In this document: positions 45,327 to 54,976 of the stretch, piece by piece
Layout of the letters: the number at the start of each line of letters is the position of its first letter
Position numbering within the stretch: the first letter of the stretch is position 1
Virus genome (UHGV): UHGV-0076294
DNA length: 64,000 bases
From: a virus
Strand: one strand, 5' to 3'
The notes under the pieces: model-generated
Told to the model about the DNA's origin: nothing
Seen by the model: only the letters and a program-made list of their open reading frames with translations
Database searches by the model: none
Translations under genes and position numbers: made by a program

Positions 45327-46760
45327 TTACTCCTCGTCGATTTCAGTGTACCATTTCGCTTTACGAGACAGTATGCGATATTCGACGTTATCGTATTCAA
45401 ACACCCAGAAGTAGTTATCGGGATCAGCTTCATCAACGAGTTTCACGACATCCAGACTGGTCTGGTACGGATGGTATTCTTCCGCTGCTATTAGTGCCTG
45501 GAAGAACAATGCTAACCACTCGGTGGTGGATTTTGACATTCGTGCAATGTCTGGGTTCGTTGTTGCAATCAGTGCGTAGTCTGGTAACGTCTCGTGTAAG
45601 GTATTCTTACGAGTGTCGTTCTCAGGGCCACTGATAACCACCATGTTCAGCGATTTATACACGGTAGGTAAATCGGTAACATCCGTTGTCGGTTTGCTTA
45701 CCGTATTACTATTTCTTTCTGCAACAGACTGATCAGACCATTCCCCAAACTTTGTAATGGCTTTGACCCAGAAATCATATGGAAGGATGGGGGAATAGAG
45801 AGCCGCCACGTCTTCCTCATTCGGTATACCACGGATTTTCCACCCCGGAACCATTGTGAATTTCGTAGTGGTAAAGATCTCAGGGAATACCTTCACCCCA
45901 ATCGGAACCGTAAAGCTGGAGTTTGCAAGAATATGTTCACGCAACGCTTGCTTTATTTTCGTTGGGTTTTTTCCTGCACGTCCGTAAATGATAACCGACA
46001 TTGGAACAACCAGTGTTGACTCGTAGTTTTCTTGGTCATGCCAGGTGTAGTAGTTAGTTTGGATGGCAGTATACGGGAACCCTGCCATTAACTCGTTGAT
46101 TTTCTTATGGTGTTCGGTAAGGTTAAACCCTTCCATCGCTTTTTCAACGACTGACTTTGTGGCCAAGAATGTGTCGATTGGCTCAATCGGCATCTGTACT
46201 TCGATTTCAAAACCCGTGTAGTCCTGGTCGAAGTCTTCATCCGAGAACCAAACTATGATTTGGTTATCTACATCAGTGTCATCTTGTACTTGATCTGCTG
46301 TTGCTTCATATTTCCAGCTCACCCAACGTGGGAACCAGTTACTGTTCGTCTGGATCATCGCACCGGACTGAACACCGGAAATGGTTGTTTGGAATTGACC
46401 TAATAATAGGCGCTGGAATTCAAGTTCGTCATTTCTCAGATTCCCCAAGATGGCTTGCTGGTAAATCCATTGAGAAACGGTTAGAATATGATCAGAAAAC
46501 TCGGCTGGAACAACAACCGTCTGTTTTTCTCGTTTAGACGTAAATGTCACCAACTGCACTTGCAGATTGGATTTAGTAAACGTCTGTTTACTCTTCGCGT
46601 ACGAGAGGGTCAGATCAGACAGCTCACCTACCGGAGCGGTGACGCCGTCCTGATTGTCAAACAGAGCCGGTATCTGAATAAAACCTTGTAAGTCTAACAT
46701 AATTAAAAATACTCCGAGGTGAGCAATGGGTTCATTTCTTAAAGTGCTTCCGTTCTTCAT
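45327..46760 (-). CDS. Hypothetical protein (477 aa)
   Basis: Long ORF; start uncertain (46760 overlaps the divergent plus-strand gene; in-frame ATG at 46700 is an alternative). Confidence 0.45.
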   Translation of the reverse strand: MKNGSTLRNEPIAHLGVFLIMLDLQGFIQIPALFDNQDGVTAPVGELSDLTLSYAKSKQTFTKSNLQVQLVTFTSKREKQTVVVPAEFSDHILTVSQWIYQQAILGNLRNDELEFQRLLLGQFQTTISGVQSGAMIQTNSNWFPRWVSWKYEATADQVQDDTDVDNQIIVWFSDEDFDQDYTGFEIEVQMPIEPIDTFLATKSVVEKAMEGFNLTEHHKKINELMAGFPYTAIQTNYYTWHDQENYESTLVVPMSVIIYGRAGKNPTKIKQALREHILANSSFTVPIGVKVFPEIFTTTKFTMVPGWKIRGIPNEEDVAALYSPILPYDFWVKAITKFGEWSDQSVAERNSNTVSKPTTDVTDLPTVYKSLNMVVISGPENDTRKNTLHETLPDYALIATTNPDIARMSKSTTEWLALFFQALIAAEEYHPYQTSLDVVKLVDEADPDNYFWVFEYDNVEYRILSRKAKWYTEIDEE

Positions 46761-47229
46761 TCAGATGTTGATGGAAGCATTTAAACCAGGAGAAGGAGAG
46801 AACGTATCAAGAGCAAACAAGATAATGACTTTAATCATCACGGTCTTGTTATCCTACTCGGCTTTCGTCTCCTATGCGTACGTAGTGCAGTTTCACAAGC
46901 TCGTTACAGTACAATCGCATGATCAATACATGTCGCAATCTTACCAAGAGATGAAGCAAGATCGTGACAAACTGAAAGATGATAATGGTAGATTATACGA
47001 CAAGCTCTTTATTTGCCTCGGCCAGAAACCGCCATATGAAAGCGGGTACAGCTCGGTAAAAGAAGACGTCTCTGCCAAAGATTTAACACCTAAGAAACCA
47101 GAAACTCCTGTTAGCCCAGCTTCAACACCAGAACAACGCAAAGAAGCTTCGGCACGACCTGTTGGTAGTCAAGACGCTAACAGTTTCCGTCAGGAGATCA
47201 TAAAGACGTTATCGTCACCTAAGGAGTAA
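46726..47229 (+). CDS. Membrane-anchored protein (N-terminal TM, charged coiled-coil-like and Pro/Ser-rich tail)
   Basis: SD gaggtga; TM segment IMTLIITVLLSYSAFVSYAYVV. Confidence 0.5.
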   Translation: MGSFLKVLPFFIQMLMEAFKPGEGENVSRANKIMTLIITVLLSYSAFVSYAYVVQFHKLVTVQSHDQYMSQSYQEMKQDRDKLKDDNGRLYDKLFICLGQKPPYESGYSSVKEDVSAKDLTPKKPETPVSPASTPEQRKEASARPVGSQDANSFRQEIIKTLSSPKE

Positions 47230-47232
47230 CTG

Positions 47233-47688
47233 ATGAAATCGCTGTTATTCATCATGATTTTGTGCGTGGGTTTGGTGAGTAATAGCTATGGAGAACCCGG
47301 TAAACGGTCATCCTATACTGCGTTACAGCCTCCGCCAGCGCCACCTATCATGTTAAATTGGAAAATTGATAAAGACGCGATGCGGGAATATGTTGCGGAT
47401 GTGAATACATACGCTTATTACGTTTATCTCTACACACGAAACTTAAATCAGCAAGCAGTCAAACGCGGGTGGAATCCACCGATGTTAGCACCTATCTGCG
47501 AACGGTTTGAAATTCCTAAATTACATTCCGTTCCAGAAAAGATGCTATTAGACGAGAAAGCGTTAACGCCACAAGAAATCAGTCGGGATTTATCACGTAA
47601 ACTGAATTCGTTGTTGTGGAATTATCGCTCTGACCGGCAAGCTTTATTAGACGCCTACGATCAGTATCTGACAACGTGTTTGAACTGA
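47233..47688 (+). CDS. Secreted protein (signal peptide, Pro-rich N-terminal region)
   Basis: SD aaggag; MKSLLFIMILCVGLVSNSYG then LQPPPAPP; followed by terminator. Confidence 0.5.
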   Translation: MKSLLFIMILCVGLVSNSYGEPGKRSSYTALQPPPAPPIMLNWKIDKDAMREYVADVNTYAYYVYLYTRNLNQQAVKRGWNPPMLAPICERFEIPKLHSVPEKMLLDEKALTPQEISRDLSRKLNSLLWNYRSDRQALLDAYDQYLTTCLN

Positions 47689-47693
47689 CAACG

Positions 47694-47733
47694 CCTCCTG
47701 TATCCTTCGGGGTACAGGAGGTATTTTCTTTTT
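47694..47733 (+). terminator. Rho-independent terminator
   Basis: cctcctgtatcc-ttcg-gggtacaggagg followed by tattttcttttt. Confidence 0.65.
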
Positions 47734-47775
47734 AACGTTTAACCCCCTTCTAATGTATAGAGAAAGGAGCTTAAC

Positions 47776-48510
47776 ATGACATACCCGAAAACGATTCAAC
47801 CCACCTTACCGACGCTGGTAATTGGTGCTGACGCAGAAACCAAATCACTGCGTCCTGATGCGTATTTGTTAACCACAGGCTTAGTTGCCTTTGACGTACC
47901 GACTTTAAAAATGGTAGGGTCGTCGTATATGCGTATTGATCCTAACGACCCTAAAGCAAAAGCTGTGTTCCACGAAGACCCGCAAACCGTGGGGTGGTGG
48001 GAAGGTAAAGGAGAACCTGAATACGCGCCGTCTCGTGAAGCCTACACGGAAGCATGGGGTGGTACAACTCCTATGCCGGAAGCGCTGTGGGCAATGCGGA
48101 AGTGGTTAGACGAAATCACCGGCAAACACAATTTCGTTATTACCATGCGTGGGCCAGATTTCGATTCTCCGATTTTCATGAACGCGTTCGCACAATGTGA
48201 CGTCCCTCCAGGTAAGTTCCGTAAGTTTAGTGCGTTAGACAGCGACCGCACCGCAGAGCGTTTAGCGCTGGCGTTTGGTTTTGAGCCTGACTTGACCGTT
48301 GAGCAAGTTTACTGGACGCGGGGTAAACCGGCATTTGAACACCATGCTTTGTGGGATGCCGCGAAAGAAGCGTACACCACCGCACGTATTTATCACCTTG
48401 CACTGATTACCCGCGAGTATGGGTACGAACGTGCTAAAACCTGTCACGAAGAACTGAAAACCGGTGAGTATATTCCACCACAGATTCGTGATCAGTTAAC
48501 CAGGGATTAA
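47776..48510 (+). CDS. DEDDh-type 3'-5' exonuclease (DexA-like)
   Basis: SD aaaggagc; Exo I-like GADAET near N-terminus and Exo III-like HHALWDAAKEAYTTARIY near C-terminus. Confidence 0.6.
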   Translation: MTYPKTIQPTLPTLVIGADAETKSLRPDAYLLTTGLVAFDVPTLKMVGSSYMRIDPNDPKAKAVFHEDPQTVGWWEGKGEPEYAPSREAYTEAWGGTTPMPEALWAMRKWLDEITGKHNFVITMRGPDFDSPIFMNAFAQCDVPPGKFRKFSALDSDRTAERLALAFGFEPDLTVEQVYWTRGKPAFEHHALWDAAKEAYTTARIYHLALITREYGYERAKTCHEELKTGEYIPPQIRDQLTRD

Positions 48511-48512
48511 GA

Positions 48513-50024
48513 ATGAAGAACGTTGATGTTGCTGTACTTTATACCGACGGTAGCCATTTAACCTCACCGATGGGAACAGGCGGTGGGATTCACGGCTACC
48601 TGTTTAACAAGGAAGAGATTGTTGACGGTGGCGTTTATCGCCACCCTACCATTCCCGAAGGGATTACGACCTCTGGTTATCGTCAGATTAACAAAGAGGA
48701 AAAACTTCCTGCGTTACCAGACTCTGTTGAGTTCGTAGACTGTGTTATTCCGGTACCGAAACACCACCACTCTGATGTTGCAGAGATTGTTGCTTTTTTA
48801 ACCGTTTTCGAAAAAGCACCGTTCGTTGCAAAAAACTACGTTATCTATATCGACGCGTCTTACGTTGTGAATACGTTTAACGATTGGATTGACGGTTGGG
48901 CTAAGCGGGACTGGCGACGGGCTGATGGAACCCCTATCGCGAACCTTGAACTGGTTCAACGGATGTGGGAAATTAAGAAACGTCTGAAGAGAGAAGGGAA
49001 AGGGATTCGTGTTCTTAAAATCAAAGGACACTCTGGTCACTACGGTAACGAACGGGCTGACGGGCTGGCACGAAAGGGATCATCCATCTCTGCGCACGGA
49101 GAAGGTTTAGATTATCAGGCGTACTGGTCAGCAGACGAAATCCCGGAAGAACAGCAGGAAGAAATCGTCAGTGAAGGCGTTAACGTTGCCGCGTTTCCTG
49201 ATATTTGCGTAACTAAGTTCTGTTACCCGATGGTAAATGAGCAACACCCTACGGTTAAAGTAAACGGTGAAAATCTCTATTACATGTTCGGGGGTAACCA
49301 CGCAAAACAGAAGGACGATATTGTCTTCGTCGGAAAATACATCCCTGATGCGCAGTTTTGTGTGATGTTTACACGTGAACCGTGGACGAACGTTTACGAT
49401 TTGGTTAACGCCCACGCTGCTAAAGCCTGGGAGGGCGTACCACGTTTGCGTCAGTTTGACCCTATCGCTGTTGTGTTCAACCTGTTCGTAAAACGTAAGA
49501 AGTTTGCGGAAGCAGCGGCTAACGGTATCCCGGTTGACAAAATGCACTTTAGCGAAGACAAAAACCTGTGGATGTACGAAGACTTGTCTATCAGTCGTAT
49601 TCTGCGTCCCGCGTTATTGTCATACCGCTGCGTAACCATTCGTGATGAACTGGCAGAGTGGCTGCGTGACTGTTTGGAAGGCAAATCGAACGTTGTCTTA
49701 AATGACATTACCGATTTGCTTTATGACGAAAAAGGTAAACCCACCAAAGACTTTTACCGAAACGTGGATAAAGGGTTTGACGTTTCCATTAAAATTCCTA
49801 ACGGGAAGGTTGACGTTAAAACTATTCTGACGCGTGCTATCGACATACCGACACGTACGGAAATCAACCGTATCAAAGAACCAAACGGGAGATTCTACAT
49901 TGCCGTACGACGTCCAGAACGTCAGTATATTGAATATGCGTTAGTGTATATCGGTGAGAAGTATCATGGTCTGTGGTGTGGTTATTATTCAAACAAACGA
50001 ATATTGACCGATAAGGAACTTTGA
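48513..50024 (+). CDS. RNase HI-like domain protein with about 300-aa C-terminal extension
   Basis: LYTDGS, IDASYVVN, and KIKGHSGHYGNERADGLARKG match catalytic motifs of type 1 RNase H; C-terminal two-thirds has no recognisable motif. Confidence 0.7.
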   Translation: MKNVDVAVLYTDGSHLTSPMGTGGGIHGYLFNKEEIVDGGVYRHPTIPEGITTSGYRQINKEEKLPALPDSVEFVDCVIPVPKHHHSDVAEIVAFLTVFEKAPFVAKNYVIYIDASYVVNTFNDWIDGWAKRDWRRADGTPIANLELVQRMWEIKKRLKREGKGIRVLKIKGHSGHYGNERADGLARKGSSISAHGEGLDYQAYWSADEIPEEQQEEIVSEGVNVAAFPDICVTKFCYPMVNEQHPTVKVNGENLYYMFGGNHAKQKDDIVFVGKYIPDAQFCVMFTREPWTNVYDLVNAHAAKAWEGVPRLRQFDPIAVVFNLFVKRKKFAEAAANGIPVDKMHFSEDKNLWMYEDLSISRILRPALLSYRCVTIRDELAEWLRDCLEGKSNVVLNDITDLLYDEKGKPTKDFYRNVDKGFDVSIKIPNGKVDVKTILTRAIDIPTRTEINRIKEPNGRFYIAVRRPERQYIEYALVYIGEKYHGLWCGYYSNKRILTDKEL

Positions 50025-50692
50025 TGCTGATTGTTTTTAGTCAAGCGTTATCGATGGCACCGAGTTATATCCAGATACGCTTTTCAGCAATTGCGCGTCA
50101 GCAGTGGGGCTTTAAAGCCCCCTATTCTGACGACCACTATACACTCGGTGAAGTAGCACTTGAACTTGCTTTACGTTCATTGTGGGAAATCATTGCATTG
50201 TACAATGCAGGTTGTGATATACCGAAAGATTGTTTCCCACAGCGGGTGATTGCACAAGGCACTACGAACACTTACGGTAATCCGGCATTGGTGGAAGAGT
50301 GCTTAGGCTACGCTAACCAGTCTGGGGAACTGCAACATAACTTTAATCTGGTGATTAACAAAGTCTGGAGTGAGCTGGAAAGCTACCCTGAAAAGATTAT
50401 CTGGTTTGATCGTAACCAATTCGTTAAGGAGGTGGCCAGTAAACGACCCGTACGTTTAGTTGCCTTAAAGCCCACCGACCTTGATTTGAAACAAACCTAT
50501 CCCTTCCCAGAGGAAATTCGACTTTCTCCAGAAACCGTAGGTCACACTATTTTCAAACAAGGTGACGCCTGGATACTTCCTCACGATCTAGACCGTTTCC
50601 TGCTCAACTCCGATCAGATTCACTCCGGCTATGATTCTCTCGTAAAAGAGTTTCACATCGATCCCTATTTCGCTAAAAACTTTCTTAGATAG
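50024..50692 (+). CDS. Hypothetical protein
   Basis: SD aagga before ATG 50024, overlapping previous stop. Confidence 0.5.
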   Translation: MLIVFSQALSMAPSYIQIRFSAIARQQWGFKAPYSDDHYTLGEVALELALRSLWEIIALYNAGCDIPKDCFPQRVIAQGTTNTYGNPALVEECLGYANQSGELQHNFNLVINKVWSELESYPEKIIWFDRNQFVKEVASKRPVRLVALKPTDLDLKQTYPFPEEIRLSPETVGHTIFKQGDAWILPHDLDRFLLNSDQIHSGYDSLVKEFHIDPYFAKNFLR

Positions 50693-50706
50693 ATATTATT
50701 CAGGTG
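50691..50706 (+). promoter_or_regulatory. AGATATTAT-type motif (candidate promoter)
   Basis: tAGATAGATATTATTCAGGTG upstream of 50730 gene. Confidence 0.3.
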
Positions 50707-50729
50707 TAGAACCCTCGGAGTTAATCACC

Positions 50730-51467
50730 ATGTTGAAAGTTTATGTCCCTCAATTACAACGTATTAATCCCTCGTTGTTCGAGGGATTCTTTTATAAAAT
50801 TTGGCCACAATACTTCAATGAACACCTGAAAGACTCAAAATGGTCATCTGTCCAAGGAGAATTCTTTTACACCGCACAATCAGCCTGTACAAATGTCTTT
50901 ACCCACCTCATCTCTGAGGTTATTGACGCTGTCAACACCAACCGAAACTTTGACCTTCGTGACGTCATAATAGATCTCTCAGCGATCTTCGATAACTACG
51001 ATTGCGATGACGCAGTATTCGAACATTTCTCCTCTGAAGATGTGTGGGAGGCCGTTTATCAATGGCTAGAATACTACGTGAATTTTCTACTTTCCTCGAA
51101 CATGTTAGAAAATTACAATAAAGCACTCTTTCCCATTTATAACGACTTAATGAACGTTAAACTGACAAAGAATCTCGTTGGTTTTTGGTATTCGACCTAC
51201 GACGCTGAAAGCAGGTTGTGGGAAAAAGAAATGATCGCTTACGGCATCGAGCGCGGCGATTATGATGAATTATATCGATGTTATTGGCCATTCAATCATT
51301 ACGAAAAAGGGTGTCAAGGCGATCCGTATTTGTGGTCTTTTTATTTCTGTAATCAGACTGGTGTTATTTATCTTGAAGACACCGGTGTACGAATCCCTAA
51401 CGGTACTGATGTAACATACTGCCAATTACGTAAAGACCGGGCTGACGCCATTTATCAGGATTATTAA
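50730..51467 (+). CDS. Hypothetical protein
   Basis: ORF preceded by conserved AGATATTAT motif and SD ggag. Confidence 0.5.
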   Translation: MLKVYVPQLQRINPSLFEGFFYKIWPQYFNEHLKDSKWSSVQGEFFYTAQSACTNVFTHLISEVIDAVNTNRNFDLRDVIIDLSAIFDNYDCDDAVFEHFSSEDVWEAVYQWLEYYVNFLLSSNMLENYNKALFPIYNDLMNVKLTKNLVGFWYSTYDAESRLWEKEMIAYGIERGDYDELYRCYWPFNHYEKGCQGDPYLWSFYFCNQTGVIYLEDTGVRIPNGTDVTYCQLRKDRADAIYQDY

Positions 51468-51468
51468 C

Positions 51469-52011
51469 ATGAAATTACTTATCGATTTTTCTCTGAGTTC
51501 GTCACGCGACAGGCTAAATAAAATACTTACTGAAATGCGAAGTAAAGTGACGTTAGAATTGCACGATGCGATAGCGGTATACGAGAGAAAGCTAACGAAA
51601 GAGAACAACGGGGAGACCGTGGTGATCTTAGACGCTAAAGCGATGGTGGATTTTCTGGTAGACGTTTTAGAAAGACGGATACACGCAGTGATAGAACGAC
51701 CCTACCTGGTTCGTGTGACCGACCCAGACACTACGGTAGATTCGATACTGGAAAAAGCATTCGTTGACGCAGCACACTATTTACAAAATCATTCCCCAGA
51801 CGATTTCGAAACGATTTACGTTGGTGTTATACAGCAACAGAATGCTGAAACCAACATAGTCGATACTGTGTGCTGGAGCGATATTCTTACTAATGAAACC
51901 ATGTCTCGCATTCGAGATATCTTTATTGAAAATTTGGCATTAGTAAAAAGGGTGTGTAGTTCCGAGATTATTTATTTATCATCGAAATACGAAAAACCTA
52001 AAGGGGTATAA
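51469..52011 (+). CDS. Hypothetical protein
   Basis: Start immediately after previous stop (taacATG). Confidence 0.5.
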   Translation: MKLLIDFSLSSSRDRLNKILTEMRSKVTLELHDAIAVYERKLTKENNGETVVILDAKAMVDFLVDVLERRIHAVIERPYLVRVTDPDTTVDSILEKAFVDAAHYLQNHSPDDFETIYVGVIQQQNAETNIVDTVCWSDILTNETMSRIRDIFIENLALVKRVCSSEIIYLSSKYEKPKGV

Positions 52012-52013
52012 CC

Positions 52014-52538
52014 ATGGATATTTTAATTCAGCTTCGTAAGAAAACAACCATTGCCACGCCGATAGCGTTAGAGGAGAAAATCTCTGGCGCGGTTGCACGC
52101 AAGCTCTGTGGTGCTCACGGCTTTAGCAGTCATCAGGAACAGGTCGTTACTGCCGCCACATTACACAACTTACGGCACACAGTACATTACTGTTTAGCTG
52201 ACAACGTCACCATCACTCTTGATGATGGCGCAGCAGCCGACCAACTGCGTCGTGAAATTGACCACAAGATCGGCGTTTATAAAAGACGTTTTGATCGTGC
52301 CTGTGCACGTTTAACCGATGACAAGGAATTATGGAAACGTTTGAAACTTGAAATTGAGTATGCGGCGCAGCGTTACGGGATTGGCGGTACCGAACCGTTG
52401 CTGTCCGAACAAGAAATCATGTTAGCAATCGAAGTTTACATCACCGTTTGTATCGCCATCCTGAAAGAAACCGACTACGAAATTACAAAAGCGTTGTTAA
52501 ACACCGCAGACAGACTCACCCCAATTTTAGGACAGTAA
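52014..52538 (+). CDS. Hypothetical protein
   Basis: SD aaagggg; tightly packed. Confidence 0.5.
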   Translation: MDILIQLRKKTTIATPIALEEKISGAVARKLCGAHGFSSHQEQVVTAATLHNLRHTVHYCLADNVTITLDDGAAADQLRREIDHKIGVYKRRFDRACARLTDDKELWKRLKLEIEYAAQRYGIGGTEPLLSEQEIMLAIEVYITVCIAILKETDYEITKALLNTADRLTPILGQ

Positions 52539-52539
52539 A

Positions 52540-53025
52540 ATGAACTTAAATGCAATTATCAATCTCTCTAATAGCGACATTGTCCACGAGTTTCTGAACC
52601 ACTGCGATCGCACAGAACAGTCTATCCGTAACATGTTAGCTCCGAAAACAGTGGATGCCATTTGGATAGCTTCACAGGCAGCGGGCGTTATCGTTGCAAG
52701 ATATCGCGCGACATTACTAATGAGTCTGGACATTTTCTTCGATCGACCAGGGCCTATTACATGGACTTCTATCGGACGTCGGCTTTATGACATACGTATC
52801 GAAACCCTACGCTCGATAATTAATGGCTGGCACAACGGGTATATGCCTGACGTAATAGTACCCTACACTGTTCCCGAATGGCGACGCTTTTATAGTCAGA
52901 TTTGGAGTAATGAAAGCGTTTATCATGAAATAGTGGCTCTTATCAGTGCTGACCAAAGCCAACTTGCATACCAGCTATGGGAGTGGCTAAAAGCTAATTA
53001 TCCTGATTACGTCAAAATCGACTAA
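52540..53025 (+). CDS. Hypothetical protein
   Basis: Start 1 nt after previous stop; followed by terminator. Confidence 0.5.
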   Translation: MNLNAIINLSNSDIVHEFLNHCDRTEQSIRNMLAPKTVDAIWIASQAAGVIVARYRATLLMSLDIFFDRPGPITWTSIGRRLYDIRIETLRSIINGWHNGYMPDVIVPYTVPEWRRFYSQIWSNESVYHEIVALISADQSQLAYQLWEWLKANYPDYVKID

Positions 53026-53030
53026 TAGAC

Positions 53031-53063
53031 ACCCTAGCTTCGGCTAGGGTTACTTTATTTTTA
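53031..53063 (+). terminator. Rho-independent terminator
   Basis: ccctagc-ttcg-gctaggg followed by ttactttattttt. Confidence 0.65.
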
Positions 53064-53084
53064 ACCATTTTAGGAGAATATACC

Positions 53085-54017
53085 ATGTATTTGTACAAAA
53101 GTAAAAAAGTAAAAGGTATTAAAGACTGCCTTAGACAAATGGGGAGTCAGCATCTAGAAAATGTCATGGAAGAAAATCAAACAAAAGAAAATCCTGTCTC
53201 GAAATGGATAAAAAAGAATCGTAATCATCTAACCAATAGCTTTATACCGTATAATGAAGATTTAGGTCTCAAAGATCCACGTTCCCTTCACGCTCAAACA
53301 TTGGCAATTGGATGGCTATACGGCGGGGCTTCCTTAATATCCGATCGAGCACTTAGAGAACTTGTTTTTGAGACTGAGATGCCCAGTAAATTCCCTGAAG
53401 AATGGTTGGACTTTATACCTACTTGGACTGTGGCAATCGATGTAGGTAAAGAGGATGAGACTTTCTTTCTCGGTTATCGAAAAAATGGGAAGAGAAGGTT
53501 TATTATAATTGCTACAAATACTGATTACGGGTTAACAGAAGGCGTTACCACGATTGCCACTTGTTCGTTAGAGCTTCGTAGTGCAGGAAACGGACTTGTG
53601 GAAATCGACTATGCCGACGGTGTGGAGAACGAACAAGAAAAGATGCTATGGTTATCTCTGGCCAAAGCCGCCACATCGATGATATTTCTGTGTACGCTAA
53701 TCCCACCTAATCTCAAAACGTCTTACAATGACGTTAAGTTCAAAGAAATCAAAAAGAACGGCAGTATTAGCTACGAAGTCAAACCTCGTGAACGTGATGT
53801 TAAAGTGGATATCACACCAGGACAAGTAAAATATCTAAAAGGATTTAACACCGACTTGAAAGCCATGCAGGGTATCAAACACGCTAAAGCTGCGCACATT
53901 CGTCGTGCCCACTGGCGTAGATACTGGGTTGGTCCAAGAAACGGTGAAAGAAAAAGAAAACTTTGCTGGATTCCACCGACATTTGTTCGCGGCTACGTAC
54001 CCCACACGCAAGACTAG
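53085..54017 (+). CDS. Hypothetical protein, paralog of 54028-54912 (C-terminal AHIRRAHW...W.GP...W.W..PTF motif)
   Basis: SD aggagaa; C-terminus AAHIRRAHWRRYWVGPRNGERKRKLCWIPPTFVRG. Confidence 0.55.
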   Translation: MYLYKSKKVKGIKDCLRQMGSQHLENVMEENQTKENPVSKWIKKNRNHLTNSFIPYNEDLGLKDPRSLHAQTLAIGWLYGGASLISDRALRELVFETEMPSKFPEEWLDFIPTWTVAIDVGKEDETFFLGYRKNGKRRFIIIATNTDYGLTEGVTTIATCSLELRSAGNGLVEIDYADGVENEQEKMLWLSLAKAATSMIFLCTLIPPNLKTSYNDVKFKEIKKNGSISYEVKPRERDVKVDITPGQVKYLKGFNTDLKAMQGIKHAKAAHIRRAHWRRYWVGPRNGERKRKLCWIPPTFVRGYVPHTQD

Positions 54018-54027
54018 GAGAATTATA

Positions 54028-54912
54028 ATGTTAAGACGCAGAATTTATGGAGACACGCTTCGACGTATTAGTGAAGCTATAGAGACTGCACACAAAGACT
54101 TGTTTGGTCTGAAGGAAGATCGTTTTCTAACGTTTGTCAGGGAACACAAGAGGCAACTTCCTGTAACCTTTCTGCCCGTTAACGACCCAACGTACCGTGT
54201 GTTCGGCACCACCAAACAGGTGCCGTATTCTATTCGCCAATCGTTAGGTTTGGGCTGGCAATACGCAGGTATTGAAATTATCTCTGATAAAGAGTTGATG
54301 GGACTACTTGCAGACACAGAACGTTTAACGGATATTCCGTACGCGTGGATTGAAGCAATTCCTTCATTCACCTTTTCCGTGACTGTAAAGATTAACGAAC
54401 TACCCGCTACGCTCTTTATCGGTCGTCGTAAATTCGAAGGTGAGGAAGTATTGTTCGTTTTACGATGGGTGGAGATAAATCAGCGGCACTGTTGGTCAAC
54501 CAAGATTTATCGGTTCAACAGAAAGGCAGATGACTTTGTTAGTTTAGAGCCTTACTTTGCTAACGAGTCAAAGGACGAGGAACTTCTGGATGAGGTACAT
54601 ATCGGTTTATATCTTTCCTCGCGGGTGAAGAAATCGGAACGCGAGAGACGGGAATACCGTGGTAGAACGACACGTTACGTACCTGATACAGAAATCCTCC
54701 CACGCAGAGAACCTGTCGTCGTTGACGTAAGTCCAGTACAACGCGAAGACTTAGAAAAACAACGCAGGGAAGGCAGGAGAATCTGTTTAACGCCTCATCG
54801 CGCAGCACACATACGCAGGGCTCATTGGAAACGGGTCTGGTGTGGGCCAATGACAGGACCACGCTGGCAGGAGTGGCGATGGATTGCACCCACCTTTATA
54901 TCTGGTTTTTAA
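54028..54912 (+). CDS. Hypothetical protein, paralog of 53085-54017
   Basis: SD aggagaa before ATG 54028; C-terminus AAHIRRAHWKRVWCGPMTGPRWQEWRWIAPTFISGF. Confidence 0.55.
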   Translation: MLRRRIYGDTLRRISEAIETAHKDLFGLKEDRFLTFVREHKRQLPVTFLPVNDPTYRVFGTTKQVPYSIRQSLGLGWQYAGIEIISDKELMGLLADTERLTDIPYAWIEAIPSFTFSVTVKINELPATLFIGRRKFEGEEVLFVLRWVEINQRHCWSTKIYRFNRKADDFVSLEPYFANESKDEELLDEVHIGLYLSSRVKKSERERREYRGRTTRYVPDTEILPRREPVVVDVSPVQREDLEKQRREGRRICLTPHRAAHIRRAHWKRVWCGPMTGPRWQEWRWIAPTFISGF

Positions 54913-54928
54913 TGTGAAAATAAAGATT

Positions 54929-54976
54929 ACCCCTAGACCACAAGGTCTAGGGGTAGCTTTTACTTTTTATTTTTTG
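54929..54976. terminator. Bidirectional terminator between convergent genes
   Basis: cccctagacc-acaa-ggtctagggg followed by tagcttttactttttatttttt. Confidence 0.7.

Noticed and set aside
53905-54027. ORF-track start at 53905 for the second AHIRRAHW paralog
   Set aside because: The extension overlaps the 3' end of the preceding paralog in another frame; ATG at 54028 has a clear SD (aggagaa) and gives a protein collinear with its paralog.
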